Source: Octopus sinensis
Lineage: Eukaryota
Direction of reading: 5' to 3'
Length of the DNA: 64,000 bases
Assembly: GCF_006345805.1 (NCBI RefSeq)
Contig: NW_021831853.1
Span: forward strand, 1 to 64,000
Shown: in pieces, positions 48,996 to 61,939 of the stretch
Position numbering within the stretch: position 1 is the first letter of the stretch
How the letters are laid out: the number at the start of each line of letters is the position of its first letter
Position numbers and translations under genes: made by a program
The notes under the pieces: generated by a model
What the model saw: only the letters and a program-made list of their open reading frames with translations
Databases searched by the model: none
What the model was told of the DNA's origin: nothing

Positions 48996-49774
48996 AACTA
49001 ATGACGTACTTATTGATCAATTTTCCACACTTCAGTTTATCAATACAACCTTTATATGCCATTTCTCCTTCAATTCCCCAATATACTCACTTCCTTTCTC
49101 CACTTTCCTTATTGTTCTTAATAGTGCTATATGACGCCCTCCGCTATTCTCTCTTAGTCATTATCCTTAAATTTAATAATCTCTTTCCCTTTCCTTCAAA
49201 TATATTTTATTTTACTTTTCTCTATAAAATCCTATATTTTTGCAATTTTTTTTCCTCATTACACATAAAAAAATTAATACATTTTATAATATTTTCTTAA
49301 TATCTTAATTCTAATTTTTAATCCTTATTGGAATCCTTTATTTTTATTTACTCCATTTAAATTCATTTATTTTCCTTTTCAATTTTTAAATTGAATTTAA
49401 AAAAATTATTTCCCAATTTCTGAAATTCTTCAAATTATTTAATTTCTAATTAGTTTAATTATCCTGTAATTTAATTATTTCATTATTTAGTTTTTGAAGA
49501 ATTCAATATGGCTACAGCATTCTTTCGTTTTATATCAACAGAATAACATTCTTAAATAACATGTCGGCTTTCCTTTCACCTTACATGTTTTCCTAACAAA
49601 TTGACTAACAACTTACAAACTCTTCTTCTTGCTCTCTCCTTGCTTTACATCTTTTTTCTTAATTTTTATTTTGCTTGAACTCACAAAGCCAGTAACCCAA
49701 TTTCCATGGCGTATAGTGACCGAGATCACAACACTCTCCCTGAAAGGAACGCCGGTCTCTTGCAGGGTTCGAGG

Positions 49775-49962
49775 TCAGCAATTTTGAAATGGAGGGCCAA
49801 GTCGGTTACATAGATTACTTGATTTGTATTTTATCATCAGATAATGGGTAAAAGGAAAAGCTAACACGTTGGGATTCGAACTTAGCACAGAAGTAACTGG
49901 AAAAAAATGCCACTAAGCTTTTTGCCCGATGTGCTAACTAACGATTCTGCGAGCTCTCTGCC
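49775..49962 (-). mobile_element. SINE family N, old
   Basis: caagtcggttacatag...gattcgaacttag...gtgctaactaacgattctgcgagctc. Confidence 0.55.
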
Positions 49963-49973
49963 TTTTCTTTATA

Positions 49974-51215
49974 TTAGGTTGTCAAGAAAGTTCTTGCGGT
50001 TTTTAACCTTTAAATTCAGATGCACATATCTCGGCTCAAACAAAACTTTATTAATCGTAATAAAGACCATCAGAATCAACACACTTTTGCCAACGCGAAA
50101 AATCCTGCGTTCTGGTAGCGATGAAGTCACTGAAGGCGTGTTTGGCATCGTCTTGGTTTTTGAAGCATTTCTCACGCAGGAAGTTGTCGAGTTGCTTGAA
50201 AAAGTGGTAGTCGGTAGGCAAGAGGTCTGGTGAGTATGGAGGATGAGGCAATTTCGTAGCCCAATTCGTTCAACTTCTGCGGGGTCAGTTGTGCGACGTC
50301 CGGCCGAGTGTTGTCGTAGAGAAGAATTGGTCGTTTTCTATTGACCAATGCTGGCTGTTGTTGGAGTTTCTTATGCATTTCATCCATTTACTGATAGTAC
50401 TTCTCCGCTGTTATGGTTTCGCCTGGATCCAAAAAGCTGTGATGGATGAGACCGGCCGCAGACCACCAAACAGTTCTTCTTTTGGTGCAACTTTGGCTTC
50501 AAGAAGTGCCGTGGAGCTTCGTCGGTGTCCAACAACTGAGCTGAGCGTCGCCGGTTGTCGTAAAGAATCCACTTTTCATCGCAAGTCACAATCCGGTCGA
50601 GAAACGGGTCGTACTTGTTGCGTAAAAAAAGGGAAGACGACACTTCAAAACGGCGTTGTTTTTGGTTGTCGTTCAATTCGTGCGGCACCTATTTCTCAAG
50701 TATTTTTGTTTTTCCAATCTCTTTTAAGTGGTTGGAAATTGTCGTATACGTTACATCTAATTCAGAAGCAAGCACTCGAACAGTTGTGCATCGATTGGCT
50801 TCGACTAAGGTTCTTAGTTGATCCTTGTCAAAACCGAAGGCCGACCACTACGCTTATTCTCTTCAAGACTCACGTCACCGCTACGAAGTTTCTTGAACCA
50901 CCATTGTGCTGTACATTCATTGTGCTGGGCCAAACGCATCACTGATATCGCGAGCTGTTTCAGCAGCTTTTCGGCCCAGCTTGAACTGGAATAAGAAAAT
51001 TGTGCAAATTTGCTTTTTGTCTATGTTGTATTCAACGTTCCGGAAAAAAATGGCCTAATTATTCAAAAATAAAAAGAGTAACACGATTAGATAGAGCGAA
51101 AAACGGGCTTTGAAATGATATATAAAGTCGAAGTAATTTAAAGAAAATTAATTTGAAAATACATAATTTTATAACCAAAATTAAAAATTCCGCAAGAACT
51201 TTCTTGACAACCTAA
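49974..51215 (-). mobile_element. mariner (Hsmar1/SETMAR-like) transposon, full length 1242 bp, frameshifted transposase
   Basis: Perfect 26-bp TIRs ttaggttgtcaagaaagttcttgcgg (49974-49999 and 51190-51215) with a TA duplication on both sides. Motifs [31 protein letters not shown] and HPPYSPDL are present. Confidence 0.96.
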
Positions 51216-51224
51216 TACCTGCCA

Positions 51225-51478
51225 TACTTCAACCCCAGTATTTATTTCATCGACTCCGAAAGGGATGAAAGGCGAAGTCGACTTCGGTGGAATTTGAACT
51301 CAGAACATGAAGACGAACGAAATGCCACTAAACATTTTGACCGACGTGCTATCTAACGATTCTGCCAGCTCGCTGCTTTAATGAAAGTCAAAGTCGATTC
51401 GAACTCAGAACGTAAAGTCGGAACGAACGCCGTTACACATTTGCCCGGCGCAGTAATGATTCTGTCAGCTCGCCGCCA
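51225..51478 (-). mobile_element. two tandem family N SINE 5' fragments
   Basis: gggatgaaaggcgaagtcgacttcggtggaatttgaactcagaac, and two head ends (ctgccagctcgctgc, ctgtcagctcgccgcc). Confidence 0.75.
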
Positions 51479-51933
51479 ATTTCTTAATAATATTCCTTAT
51501 CTTTACTGCTACCATAAGTTCTACTTTTTAATGTCTTTAAAACCTCTAAATTAATTCATTATCTCTGTTTATCTTTTCTATATTGAATATTTAGAAAAAA
51601 TATTAGTAATATCAAATATTCATTCATTCATTTATTTATAAAACTTACAAAATTTAATGCCCTCAATTTTCTATTTGAATACATTATGATATCATTTATA
51701 AAGGATCTACGCCATATTTGTATTGATATGCTTTTGATTATTTATTCATTATTAATATTTTTGTTTCTTTAGAGTTAATTTTTAGTAAGCAAATCCAAAA
51801 CGTTTACCTGGTCCTCTTCGTTATAACGACCATACGTATTAGGAGGACAATATTGAACTATCAATTAAGTACTGATGCCAATGGTCCAAGCGACATTTTC
51901 TCAAAATTGCTAGCCTTTTGCTTAAATCAGAAA

Positions 51934-52000
<67 letters not shown>

Positions 52001-52026
52001 TATTATTATTATTATTATCATTATTA

Positions 52027-52312
52027 TTCAGCAGTCTTATTTTCATCACGTGCTTTCACTACACTACCAAGCGCAGCTTTTTGTGCCTTGGGTATGTACA
52101 GTGGTTTGTTGTGGTGATCTTATTTTCACTGTATTGAAAGTGTTTTACACAGGATTTGTGCGGGACCTAGTAGTACTATTTTCTGTATGTTATATAGTCT
52201 TGTAAGTGTTTTTGGTATGTATTAATACTATAATAGGAATTGTTTCTGATTTTAGGCCCCACATTCGAGTTACTTCTTTTTCTAGATCTTTGCATTTTGA
52301 AAGTTTCTCTTT
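52027..52312 (-). mobile_element. R4/Dong-like 3' end (second subfamily) in (TAA)n
   Basis: KEKLSKCKDLEKEVTRMWGLKSETIPIIV, followed by a 3' UTR ending gtgaaagcacgtgatgaaaataagactgctgaataat. Confidence 0.8.
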
Positions 52313-52324
52313 ATTATTATTATT

Positions 52325-52860
52325 GAAGATGTCTGTACAGTATCCTATAGTGTGATACAAGTCACAACAAGGACATAAGACAGACAGTACTTTACACAGT
52401 ATCCGTACATTCAGCCCCAGGTAAAGCCGATTTTTGCAATACACCAAGATTGTATCCAAGTGTCCAAGTGTTTCTTCAGGCTGAAATCTATTCAATCTAA
52501 TACTCTGGTGAACACAGGAATGACCTTCATGTTCGACTCTTGCAGCTTCCACCATTTTTGTCGATCTTTTCTCCTTTTTTTTCATATGTTGGTTTCCTGC
52601 AAGGTTGATTATTAGACACTCTTGCTTGTTCCTCCCAAAGGCTACTATATCCGGCCTTCGGTGCTCTAATACCTTGTCTGGTCTGAAATTCAAAGTCCTA
52701 GAGGATCTTTGCTTTCCTGTTTTCGTCCATTACCTTTTCCAGTGTATGTTGGTATCAAGTGCCCGTTACCTCGTATCTATATTTCCGGCATTGGAGACAG
52801 TTAAGGTCTGGGGCTACCTTGTCGTGTCTGCGCTTTTACTCTTTCTGCTCAATACTTTCA
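52325..52860 (-). mobile_element. R4/Dong-like 3' part (third subfamily), tandem with the previous copy
   Basis: KIL..F..RPDKVLEHRRPDIVAF...ECLII, ILCKVLS. The 3' end runs into aataataat. Confidence 0.78.
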
Positions 52861-52876
52861 CAAGCACTGACATTTA

Positions 52877-53076
52877 TTACCTCCACCTTAGCCAAGGAGG
52901 AGGTATTGTTTTCAGTCGTGTTTGTTTGTTTGTTTATCTGTGGACAAGATATCTCAAAAACCGCTGGATGGATTCGGATGAAACTTTCAGGGATGTTTGG
53001 CCTCATGACTGACACGAACTGATTAGATTTTAAGATCGATCTTGGCGGAGGTTTCTGCTCTCTGAGTACTCTTGTT
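52877..53076 (-). mobile_element. Helentron/HINE-like element (copy 2, internally deleted)
   Basis: Same termini and 3' half as 20589-20960. About 170 bp are missing after acctccgccaag. Confidence 0.75.
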
Positions 53077-53117
53077 GTTGTTGTTATTATCATTATTATT
53101 ATTATTATTATTATTAT

Positions 53118-53676
53118 TGAGTGAGAGAGCAGTTCATGCCATCAAAGTGACACTGGGGTAAAATATACGAAGCCCAATATACCCATCATGACTACCCGTC
53201 TGATAAAGGTACACCAGGCACATGCATCACAACCATATGTGCGCGACATGGTGATCTCATATCAAGATAAACAGCACATGACCTTGCAGGTGGGGCCCAG
53301 TTAGAATTTTCTTCAGGTTGAGTAGCCCATCCCGCTCAAACGGTCCCTGAATAAGGGTTGTTTAAGGATGTTGAAAGAACCACCCATGTTTCCAGAGGTG
53401 AACTATTCAAACCCCAAAGAATCCCTCTCAACACATGGCTATGATGCTCCCCCACTACTTCTGCTCGTGATCAGAGATGCACATATCGTCAGCCACTAAG
53501 GGACATGCTCAACTGGTTAAGGTCAAACAACTGACAAGCAAATCTGTGGTATTGAGCAGAATATTTGCTGTAGCCCATCTTTTATACCAAGACAAAACAA
53601 TGTACATGATAACACTTCCAATCAGTTAAGATCAGAAGCCATGAGAGCCACTGCCTGGTACTTCATCAGGGCATTT
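53118..53676 (-). mobile_element. non-coding TAA-associated repeat (copy 2, apparently complete)
   Basis: About 560 bp flanked by (TTA)n on both sides. It is homologous to 39035-39458 and has no ORF in the track. Confidence 0.82.
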
Positions 53677-53690
53677 ATTATTATTATTAC

Positions 53691-53759
<69 letters not shown>

Positions 53760-53960
53760 GATAGCGAGGTGGCAGAACCGTCAGCGAATTGGACAAGATG
53801 CTTTGCGACATTTCGTTCGTCTTTACATTCTGAATTGAAATCCGCCGAGGTCGACTTTGCCTTTCATCCTTTCGAGGTCGATAAAAGAGTACCGTTGAGC
53901 ACTGGAGTCGATGTAATTGACTTATCCTTTCCTTAGAAATTGTTGGCCTTGTGCTAAAAT
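53760..53960 (+). mobile_element. SINE family N, full length
   Basis: gaggtggcagaaccgtcagc...gccgaggtcgactttgcctttcatcctttcgaggtcgataaa. Confidence 0.88.
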
Positions 53961-53973
53961 TTCAAATAATGAT

Positions 53974-54009
<36 letters not shown>

Positions 54010-54021
54010 TATCATTATTAC

Positions 54022-54105
54022 TAATCTTTTATCAAGTGCTTTCACTGCACTACCGAGCGCAGCTCTGTGTGATTTGGTTTGTGCTGTATTTTGTTGTGGT
54101 GATAT
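54022..54105 (-). mobile_element. 3'-end stub of the 52027-52312 Dong-like subfamily
   Basis: gtgctttcactgcactaccgagcgcagct...ttgttgtggtgat matches 52050-52120. It is embedded in (CAT)/(TTA)n. Confidence 0.75.
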
Positions 54106-54129
54106 TATTACTATTATTACTATTATTAC

Positions 54130-54175
<46 letters not shown>

Positions 54176-54358
54176 TTATTATCATCATCATCATCATCAT
54201 CATCATCATCGTCGTCGTCGTCCTCATCATCATCATAATCATCATCGTCGTTGTCATCATCATCATCATCATCGTCGTCGTCATCATCATCATCATTATT
54301 ATTGTTGTTATCATTATTTTTATCATCATCATTATTATTATCATTATTATTATTATTA

Positions 54359-54410
<52 letters not shown>

Positions 54411-54904
54411 TTTCACTCACGAACTTTTCAACAATCTTTGTTTCCTAAAATTTCTTTCGCTTTCCTCTTGTTTCTTTTTGTATTCTATTCTTGTCCAATA
54501 TGGCCTTTAGCATATACCACTTCTTTTTTTTTTCTTCCTCTTTTCTCTCCGCCCACAACTTCTTATTCAATTCTTTCGCTTCTTTTGTTCTTCCTTTTAA
54601 TTTCCTTTCAAAATTAATAATTCTTTTCTCCAATAAAACTCATTACAAAACCCCTTTTTTTTAAAAAAAAAAGAAAGAAAAAGAATCCCCCCCCCCGTTC
54701 CCTTCTCTTTCCTCTCTAACTCTACTTCACGAAATTCACCTTAGATAAATCCCTGACTATTTATAGTCTTTAACAGCATATATTTTTCAACATTCATTTG
54801 ACAAAGACGGTAACATCGAAACATACTGCAGTTGGTAAGACATATCTGTGTGTGAGTGTGTGAGCACTCGTTTGTGTATGTGTGCGCATGCGCGTGCATT
54901 ATAT

Positions 54905-55364
54905 AAGGTAAGAGATAAAATAAGTGAATAAGAGTTTTGGGCTTCATAGATTCTTAAGAAAGCTTTCAAGTTACCTTAAAAAGGCTTTCATCTCTCTAAT
55001 ATAATATCCTTATCAGAAAATTACAGGTCCATTTGTTTTAATACATGTATGTATGCGTTTTGTTTACTATGTGTGTTTATGTGTGTTCGTGTATGCGGTT
55101 GTATTATTGTTTATATTATATATGGTATATAAGCACGTACGTTTGTATGCATGTATGTATATATGTATGTATGTATGTATGCATGCATGCATGCATGTAT
55201 GTATGTATGTATGTATGTATGTATGTATGTATGTATGTATGTATGTATGTATGTATGTATGTATGTATGTATGTATGTATGTATGTATGTATGTATTTAT
55301 GTATGTATGTATGTATGTATGTATGATGTATGTATGTATGTATGTATGTATGTATGTATGTATG

Positions 55365-55397
<33 letters not shown>

Positions 55398-55520
55398 GTG
55401 AATCTGTTTCTTTACATATGTATTCTATGAAGAGATTTTCCTCTCTGCATACACATGAAAGGAAAGCTTTTTTGTTCACCTTGTATAACTATTGTTAATA
55501 AATAAATATTTCTACTTTAT
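54905..55520 (+). repeat. two-block non-coding unit, copy 2 (diverged block A, (TATG)n spacer)
   Basis: tagattcttaagaaagctttcaagttacc...taatatccttatcagaaaattacaggtccatttgttttaa, then block B at about 55405-55510. Confidence 0.85.
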
Positions 55521-55914
55521 CCAGCCACACATCTCTTTCTTTCACACACACACACACACACGCGCACACACCACACACACACACACACACAACACACACA
55601 CATATTGATATATAAATACATAAATATATACAAATGCATATCTTTACATATGCGTGTGTGTATGTATGTGTACACGTGTGTATATATATATATATATATG
55701 TATACATGCACACACATACATATATTAATATACATACATACATACATACATGCATGCATACATACATACATACATACATACAAACATACATACATACATA
55801 CATACATATATACATACATACATACATAGAAATGAATAGGTTAACTCAAAGAGTTGAATTGAAATTATAATGTATCGACTGCCTTGAATATCTGTTTCAG
55901 CTCTTAAGATCCAA

Positions 55915-56462
55915 ATATCAAATCTTGGCAAAGTTAAATTTGCTTTTCATCACTCGGGGGTCGATAACAATTAAATACATTACTTTATATTGTTTTAGTG
56001 ACTTGGGAGGCGGCGAGATGGCAGAGTCGTTAGAACGTTGAAAGACGCTGCTTTGTAGTATTTCTTCAGGCCCTGAAGAAACGTTCTGAGTTCAAATTCT
56101 CCCGATATCAACGTCGTCTTTCATGCTTATGGGTTCAATAAAATATGTACCATTTGAATACTGGGATCGATATATTGGGCTTTCCCCCTTCCCTCAAAAT
56201 TGTTGGTCTCGTGCAAAAATTTGATAGAAATATCTCTAATGGTGGCGAGATGGCAGAGTCGTTAGAACGTCGATAAAATTGCTTTGCGATATTTGTTCTG
56301 GTTCTTTATATTCTGGTTCTTTACATCCTGCAGAGATTAACTTGGTTTTCTATCCTTTCGACATCTATAAAATAAAGTATAAGTCTAATACTAGGAGTCA
56401 GTGGCATCATTGAACATCCCCTTCCCCTCGAAATTGTTGGCCTTGTGTCGAAAGCTGAAACA
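55915..56462 (+). mobile_element. head-to-tail cluster of family N SINE copies
   Basis: Heads ggcgagatggcagagtcgttagaacgt at 56012 and 56244, degenerate cores, and tails aaattgttgg(t/c)c. Confidence 0.75.
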
Positions 56463-57391
56463 ATCCTAAAGCATCATGAAATCAAACCAGTGTATATGTA
56501 CATTATGACTGAAGTGGGAGAAAAATAGTGTGTTTATTCCTCCTTAATGATTGATCCATTCTGCTGATTGGCGATAAACTTGGAAAGATAAACCTTTTGA
56601 AAATGTCAAAGAGAATAGGGAGATCAGGTGTGGAAACAGAGATTACACATCAGGGAAGTTGTGAGAAGTCTGTTTTATCTTTTTCTTTTCTTAAACTAGG
56701 CTGAATTATTACCGAAGAACTGGGTTTTACTTGAAGTTACAGTGGTATCTAGCATTTTTGATGGCATATAAGATGCATTAATTTTCCATACAAACGTCCC
56801 CTTTGCTACCAAAATCACCCCAAATCCTATATGCAAAGTTGGGTCGATATTACATTATTTTAATCCACCAAAACCTTTTTTCATTCAATATGCGCTGCTG
56901 AAATTGGAGTTTGTCTAATATGCTTGTGTCTTTTATGCCATCAAATACGGTAGATCATTGTCATATATAAATGCTGTATATCCTAGCAAATTGTAGGACC
57001 CTCATGAGTAGAGATTTACAGACAGAGAGACAAAATCGACGATGTCAAATTGGGAAGACAGATTGTTTTTTTCCTAAATGTTCTTAAACTAGTAAATGAC
57101 TCTACTGCTGTAACTCCATTAATGGAAGCTGATTGACTTTTATTCATTTCTGTCCAGCACTACCTTTAACGGTTCTGGTGGCATTTCATATTTCTTGTGA
57201 CAGGTCGTTAGCTCCTCGCCCAACTCCCCTATTTTTATCAAAAGAAAGTGGGGGGGTATTCTGTGAGTTCCTTTTTTTATAGACTCATGACTCTTCTTAC
57301 AGAACAAATAGGCTTTCTGACGATTTTTATATTTCGTCGGTTTAGCAACTTAATATTCTAAAGATTTTCGTATTAATTAATTCAATCACCA

Positions 57392-57465
<74 letters not shown>

Positions 57466-58149
57466 TTGGATTAATCAACTTGAATGTAGAATTAGATGTA
57501 AAAAGTTTTACTCATGGTTTTTAAGTGTGATGTACGTTTCTCGTATGACGTACGCTTTTCGCTTCATTGCGAGCTCTAATTTTTTCAGCAATAGTTATAT
57601 TATTATATATCATGTATTAATAAGATAGCCCTTTTATAATATATACATATTTTTTTCCACTATATTATTTAAGAGCTGGTTATGGGCGCTATTTTGTACT
57701 TCATAAAGATTTTTTGCTTTAAGTCAGAAAATACAATTTTTTTCTATTTTTAAATGTTCTTAATATCAGACTAAAATTAGTTTTGGGAAGCTAGTGGTAA
57801 ACTTATGAAAATTTATGCCAAATATAACTAAGATGTTCAATTCAAAAGGTACTAAGTGAAGTGGGCAGGTACGTGTCTTTACGCCGTAGTAATTATACGT
57901 GTCAGCAGTTTCAGTTTCATAGAAAAAAGGTCTGGTTGCTTATACAAATGACAACATCTAATTTGTTTAACAACATTTTTAGATAGTGTACCTTAGAGGA
58001 GTAGGAATAATATATGTAGAATAGGTTAATTTGTATAGATCTATATGTTACACTGTAGCTCGTGGTTATTAAGAGTGCTCTACTATATACAATGCTGTGT
58101 CATATCACAAATCATATGATGTGGTTTATTATGCAACCCTTTAATAGTG

Positions 58150-58815
58150 TTCGTCTGTCGTTGTCGACGATGACCAAGGACATCACTTGCGAGAAGATGG
58201 GTCACGTAACGGTGTTCTCGGCTGTGACGTAACGGTGTTTTCAGTCCGATGTATGCTTGGAATGCTCTGCCACAGTCTGGGCACTGGTGGTCTGCAGGAA
58301 CTGAAAGCAAAGAGTTGGTTCTGGACTTGCGTAGTTTGCGTTTTCATTGTGCACATACGATCCTTTTCTGTTCGTATCATGTGGCGCCTCTGTGGGTGCA
58401 TCTTCGCCGGGCAAGGCGGCCCTGTAATTTAATTTCCCAGGTGTTGGAGTTTATCTCAAAGCATTTCAGTGAGGCTGTGAGTGTTTCTTGAAGCGCTTTT
58501 TCTGTTCACCTTGTGTGTTCCAGCTTTCCGCCAGTTCGCTGAAAAACAGTCTTTTGGGGAGTCGTGTATCCGACATTCGAATAAGGTGGCCTTATTGGAA
58601 CTGCGCTCTCCTCAGCAGTGTGTAAATGCTTGGCAGATCAGAAAGAGGACATCTGTGTCTGGGACCTTGTCTTGCCAGGTGATTTTCGACAGCTTTCTCA
58701 GGCAGTTTATGTGGAAGTGGTTTAGCCATTTAGTGTGGCGGTCGTAAACGGTCCAAGTCCCGCAGGCATACAGTAGTGTATGTAGTACAACTGCTTGGTC
58801 CACATTCAACTTGGT
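58150..58815 (-). mobile_element. RTE (BovB-like) LINE 3' remnant
   Basis: AVVLHTLLYACGTWTVY..H...LNHFHINCLRKL.KITWQDKVPDTDVL and a terminal CPDCGRAFQAYIGL zinc-finger-like motif. Confidence 0.85.
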
Positions 58816-59459
58816 ATATTAATAACCACTAAAAGCTAATACAATCACGAGCATCCACAACCACTACTAACACAATCAACAAAATTACAACTAGCATTAC
58901 ATTTGTCTTATATTCCAACCTTCTCCTTACTGCATTATCCACCACTACAATTATCACTATACTATGCTGACCAACACTTCAACCGCTACTGCAAAACTAC
59001 AACTACAACGACACCACAATATTTATAACCAGCAACACAGCGCCTCAACAGCGCCACAACATTCGAAATGAGACTCGCAAAAGCCACAAATATATTACGT
59101 ATACGAACACAAAGACAAAACATTAAATGCATAGACGCACACTCGAATATACACATATTAAGATACACACACACATACACACTGAGAGAGAGAGAGAGAG
59201 AGACAGAGACAGAGAGTACACACGTACACACACACACATACACGCATGCGCAAACACACACACTCACACACTCGGTAAACATGATCCATTCCTTAAGTAG
59301 CCCTTAACAAGCTTGGAAGAAACCAACTAACATGATCAACAACATCAAGGACATCTGAACACTTTAACGATTCCTTGCTTTCTTCTTGAAAACCCATAAT
59401 GGTATTATTGATGTTATCCATTCTGTTGGCTGGTTGTATGCGTATGTTTAAGTGTACAG

Positions 59460-59687
59460 TGGGGGAGTGTATGAGCACGTGTAAGTGTATGTGTGTGTGT
59501 GTGCGAAGATGTATATTTGTGAATGAGTGTGTGTTTTATAAACAGTTTCATGTGTGTGTGTGTGTGTGTATTCATGTACATATGTAAACTTGTAAATATC
59601 TAAGGACGCATGAAAATATATTTACGAATATGATATGATGAAGCTTTGTGTATATATGTATGTGTATATATATTATAGTTGTTTATG

Positions 59688-59722
<35 letters not shown>

Positions 59723-59899
59723 ATGTGTGTGTGTATATATATATATACACACACATATGTAACCACACACAAGCACATACACACGCATACATACATACAT
59801 ACATACATACATACATACATACATACATAAATACATACATACATACATACATACATACATACATACATGCATGCATGCATGCATGCATGCATGCATACA

Positions 59900-59931
<32 letters not shown>

Positions 59932-60314
59932 CACATATATATGTATTTGTGGGGGTGTATGTATAAATAATATATACTTACAACTATATACATATACAGA
60001 AATATACATATACACATATACAGCTAGACCCATCCACACATATACACATACACGTATGCATGTCTATACCTACAGATAGATTTATTTATATATGCGTGCA
60101 CACAAAACACACGTATGCGTGTATGCATGTGTATATGTGTGCGTGTATGTGGTGTATGTGTGTGTGTGTGTGAATGTGTGTGTGCATACAATTGAGTATT
60201 CATGTGTGTGTGTATGTGAATGTGTGTGTATGTATATAAGTATTTACGTGTGTGTGTTTGTGTGTGTATGTATGTAAGTATTTATGCGTGTGTGTGTGTG
60301 TGTGTGGTGTATGT

Positions 60315-60390
<76 letters not shown>
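59460..60390. repeat. compound (TG)/(TA)/(CATA)/(CATG) microsatellite field
   Basis: Direct reading of the sequence. Confidence 0.9.
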
Positions 60391-60391
<1 letters not shown>

Positions 60392-60760
60392 AAAGTATGA
60401 AAGAGAAAGTAAAAGGATGAGAATGTTTGGACCCTATAGATTTTTAAGAAAGCTTTCAAGTTACCTCAAAAAAAGACTTTCATGTTTATACTTTAATATC
60501 CTTATCAGAAAATTACAGATCCATTTGTTTTAATACGCGCACACATATACACGTATATACACTTACGTATATATATTTAAGCACACTTACGTGTGAGCTT
60601 GTTTAATATGTGTGCTATTGTATGCGCTGTTTATGTGTGTTTCTTTACATATGTATTCTACGAAGAGATTTCCCTCTCTGTGCACACATGAAAGGAAAGC
60701 ATTTTTTGTCCACATTTTATAACTATTGTTAATAAATAAATGCGTCTTTTTATATCCAAC
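60392..60760 (+). repeat. two-block non-coding unit, copy 3
   Basis: Block A is identical to 44172-44313. Block B lies at about 60645-60760. Confidence 0.9.
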
Positions 60761-60986
60761 TCTCTCTCTCTCTTTGCCCTCTCCCTTTCCCCATCTCTTT
60801 CTCTCTCTCTCTCTCATATATATAAATGAATGCAAGGACATATTTTATATATTATATATATATATATGTATGTGTGTATGCGTCTGTGTGTGTATACATA
60901 TATAATTTGCATATATTCATATTTGGAGAATGAGAAGACTAGGAGAGAGGAGAAAGTTACGCATATATGCATGTGTATATGTGTAT

Positions 60987-61029
<43 letters not shown>

Positions 61030-61321
61030 GTGTTGGCAGAAGAGAGAAGAGGAGGAAGTGTTTGCTTATATAATCTACAGATGTAAACCGGATTGCTGGA
61101 TTGATTGATAGATGAATGAATGTAATATATACATAGAAAATGGAGGAATAGGGCAAAAATATGAATAACTACCAAGCTGACAAGAGGGACAAAGAAGATG
61201 TTGGCAGGGAATGAGCTTGAATAGCTTGATCGAATGAGCTATGAATGTAAAGGATGTGTACAGCTGGAATGATGTATATATATTTTGGGAACAGGCACAA
61301 GTGCGGCTGTAAGGGCAGAAT

Positions 61322-61500
61322 CGGGTGCTTGGTTAAGGAATCTTGCGTCTAAACCATGTGGTCTTGAGTTCAGTCCCATTGCATGGCACCTTGGCCAAGT
61401 ATCTTCGGTTGATCAAAGCCTTGTGAATGGATTTGGTAGACAGAAACTGAAAGAAGTCCGTCGGGTGTGCGTGTGTGTGTGTTTGTGCCCACCACCTCCT
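61322..61500 (+). mobile_element. CORE-like SINE family A, 5' half
   Basis: gagttcagtcccattgcatggcaccttggccaagtatcttc...aaagccttgtgaatggatttggtagacagaaactgaaagaag. Confidence 0.8.
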
Positions 61501-61611
61501 TAGTGATTTGGCAAATATATATATATATATATATTTGATTTTGATTTGATTTTTCCAGTTTCAGCTAATGAGCTGTGGCCATGCTGGGGCATATATATAT
61601 ATATATAAAAT

Positions 61612-61863
61612 AAATGCGCCCTTTTAAAGCCTAGCCAGGCTCATGGGCCCGGCTGCCCGGTTTCTATGGCATATGTGTTCCCCAACTGGATGGGACGCCA
61701 GTCCATCGCAGCGTTACTCATTTTTGCCAGCTGAGTGGACTAGAGCAACGTGAAATGAAGTGTTTTGCCCAAGAACACAACGCATCGCACAGTCCAGGAA
61801 TCGAAACCACAATCTTATGATCATGGTGCTGACACCCCTAACCACTAAGCTACGCGCCTCCAC
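61612..61863 (-). mobile_element. SINE with family B-type head and V-domain-like body
   Basis: The sense strand has core cttgggcaaaacacttcatttcacgttgctctagtccactcagctg followed by gctgcgatggactggcgtcccatccag. Confidence 0.8.
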
Positions 61864-61865
61864 TA

Positions 61866-61939
<74 letters not shown>

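Noticed and set aside
53620-53676. CTGATGA near the 5' end of the TAA element (minus strand)
   Set aside because: No downstream helix II plus GAAA arrangement exists, so it is not a hammerhead.
54885-54894. Second GCGCATGCGC motif
   Set aside because: It lies within an alternating purine-pyrimidine microsatellite, where the word arises easily.
56555-56625. WD40-like text ILLIGDKLGKINLL
   Set aside because: An in-frame stop lies immediately upstream with no acceptor AG in between. It is probably chance.
59320-59425. Minus-strand exon candidate (MDNINNTIMGFQEESKESLKCSDVLDVVDH)
   Set aside because: The polypyrimidine tract is poor, no homology was recognised and it is isolated.
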